A DNA stretch of 64,000 nt, taken from Clostridia bacterium. Lineage in GTDB: Bacteria; Bacillota; Clostridia; Peptostreptococcales; JAAYPU01. Position numbers and translations under genes: made by a program. The stretch covers positions 22,668 to 86,667 of the forward strand of contig JADQBM010000029.1 in the NCBI GenBank assembly GCA_016278615.1. The letters run 5' to 3'. Positions 63,151 to 64,000 of the stretch are shown here, one piece after another; the first letter of the stretch is position 1; every line of letters begins with the position of its first letter. The notes under the pieces were generated by a model, which worked only from the letters and a program-made list of their open reading frames with translations, was not told where the DNA came from and made no database searches.

Positions 63151-64000
63151 TTATTCCGCTAGCTTATAGATATTGACAATATCTTCTTTATAGAGTTTTT
63201 TGAAGCCTCCCCCTACATATCCCAATCCATTATCGATTGCTCTTTCTGCCATCTTTTCAAACCCGTCCGTAGGAAGATTTGCATTTTTAAAGGTTGTTGG
63301 GATTCCCAGCTCATGAATAAAGCTTTCCATTCTTTTTATACCTTCCAATGCGGTTTTTTCAGGATTATCGGAATCGTATGTTACATCCCACACATTAACA
63401 GCAAACCGGCAAAATCTATTGATGTCTTCTTTATAGACATGCTTTGCCCAAGCGCACATAGTGATTCCCAATGACCCACCATGAGATAAATCATATTCGG
63501 CACTGATTTCATGACCGGTTCTGTGTGACCCGAAATCTCCCATTATTCCTAAAATATCATTATGGGCAATGGAACTGGCCCACATAATCTCGCCAGTTGA
63601 TTTATAGCCTCTCTCATAAACCGCTGACGGGCCTTCCGTAATCAGCGTTTTAAATACACCTTCACATAATCTGTCCAAAAGCTCAGAATGCTCTGATTTT
63701 ATAAAATAACGCTCCCAAACATGAGCGAAGATATCTACAACACTGGCAGCCATATAGTATTTAGGAAGTGAATAGGTGAGCTCTGGGTTCAAGATTGCAA
63801 AAACCGGCTTCAAAACGTCACTCTTTAATCCTCTTTTATACATGCCTGTTTCGTTGGTCAGTACCGCACAACCATTAGTTTCGCTTGCTGTTGCGGGAAC
63901 TGTTAAAACGGCCCCAACGGGTATTGTTTTTTCAATTTTTGCTTTCCCTGAATAAAAATCCCAGACATCTCCTTCATAAGGAACCCCTATGGCAATTGTC
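63151..64000 (-). CDS. Iron-containing alcohol dehydrogenase (butanol dehydrogenase/YqhD-like), C-terminal part; ORF continues past the right edge
   Basis: Fe-ADH motifs HVWERYF and GSHRTGHEISAEYDLSHG. The reading frame stays open upstream of the track Met at 63843 to position 64000 (..TIAIGVPYEGDVWDFYSGKAKI..). Confidence 0.85.
   Translation of the reverse strand, partial: TIAIGVPYEGDVWDFYSGKAKIEKTIPVGAVLTVPATASETNGCAVLTNETGMYKRGLKSDVLKPVFAILNPELTYSLPKYYMAASVVDIFAHVWERYFIKSEHSELLDRLCEGVFKTLITEGPSAVYERGYKSTGEIMWASSIAHNDILGIMGDFGSHRTGHEISAEYDLSHGGSLGITMCAWAKHVYKEDINRFCRFAVNVWDVTYDSDNPEKTALEGIKRMESFIHELGIPTTFKNANLPTDGFEKMAERAIDNGLGYVGGGFKKLYKEDIVNIYKLAE

Overview
Visibly AT-rich chromosome segment from a spore-forming anaerobic Firmicute of Clostridia type. 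About 50 CDS are supported, and I recognised no rRNA, tRNA, cas, transposase or integrase genes. From left to right the window holds: (1) a conserved minus-strand housekeeping and sporulation block (mazG, spoVB/MurJ-like flippase, spoVT, SLT, prsA, mfd, pth, prs, glmU, spoVG, purR) with divergent murC; (2) an amidohydrolase, HAD phosphatase, tex, thrC, aminotransferase, PLC-like protein, mtaD and ahcY; (3) small mixed units, including infC with an AUU start followed by rpoZ, then pgm, fabZ, mbl, spoIIID and a SpoIIQ-like M23 peptidase; (4) a tandem glycine riboswitch in front of a saccharopine-dehydrogenase-family gene; (5) lrgAB and an aspartate aminotransferase; (6) a three-gene [FeFe]-hydrogenase operon whose NuoF-like subunit is fused to a GltD/NfnB-like module; (7) trmB and nrdDG; (8) a peptidoglycan-remodelling cluster; (9) an accessory end with a decayed M28B peptidase gene and a 6.26 kb segment (giant SLH surface protein plus a membrane-embedded LuxR regulator) bracketed by 43-nt direct repeats. 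The most unusual signal is non-coding. At least nine intergenic regions, plus one variant array, carry one modular palindromic element, which I call HATH. It has long inverted arms built from in-phase 7-nt repeats. The arms enclose two mini-hairpins whose stems always contain TTTTG/CAAAA and covary at the flanking positions. Some copies carry nested secondary modules. The arm repeat unit differs between loci (AANAGAT, ANAATGA, TTAATTN, AAGTNN) while the architecture is kept. The arms reach into the last codons of flanking genes and abut the Shine-Dalgarno sites of downstream genes. I cannot match this to a repeat family I know. All calls come from reading the sequence and the ORF track; no searches were run.
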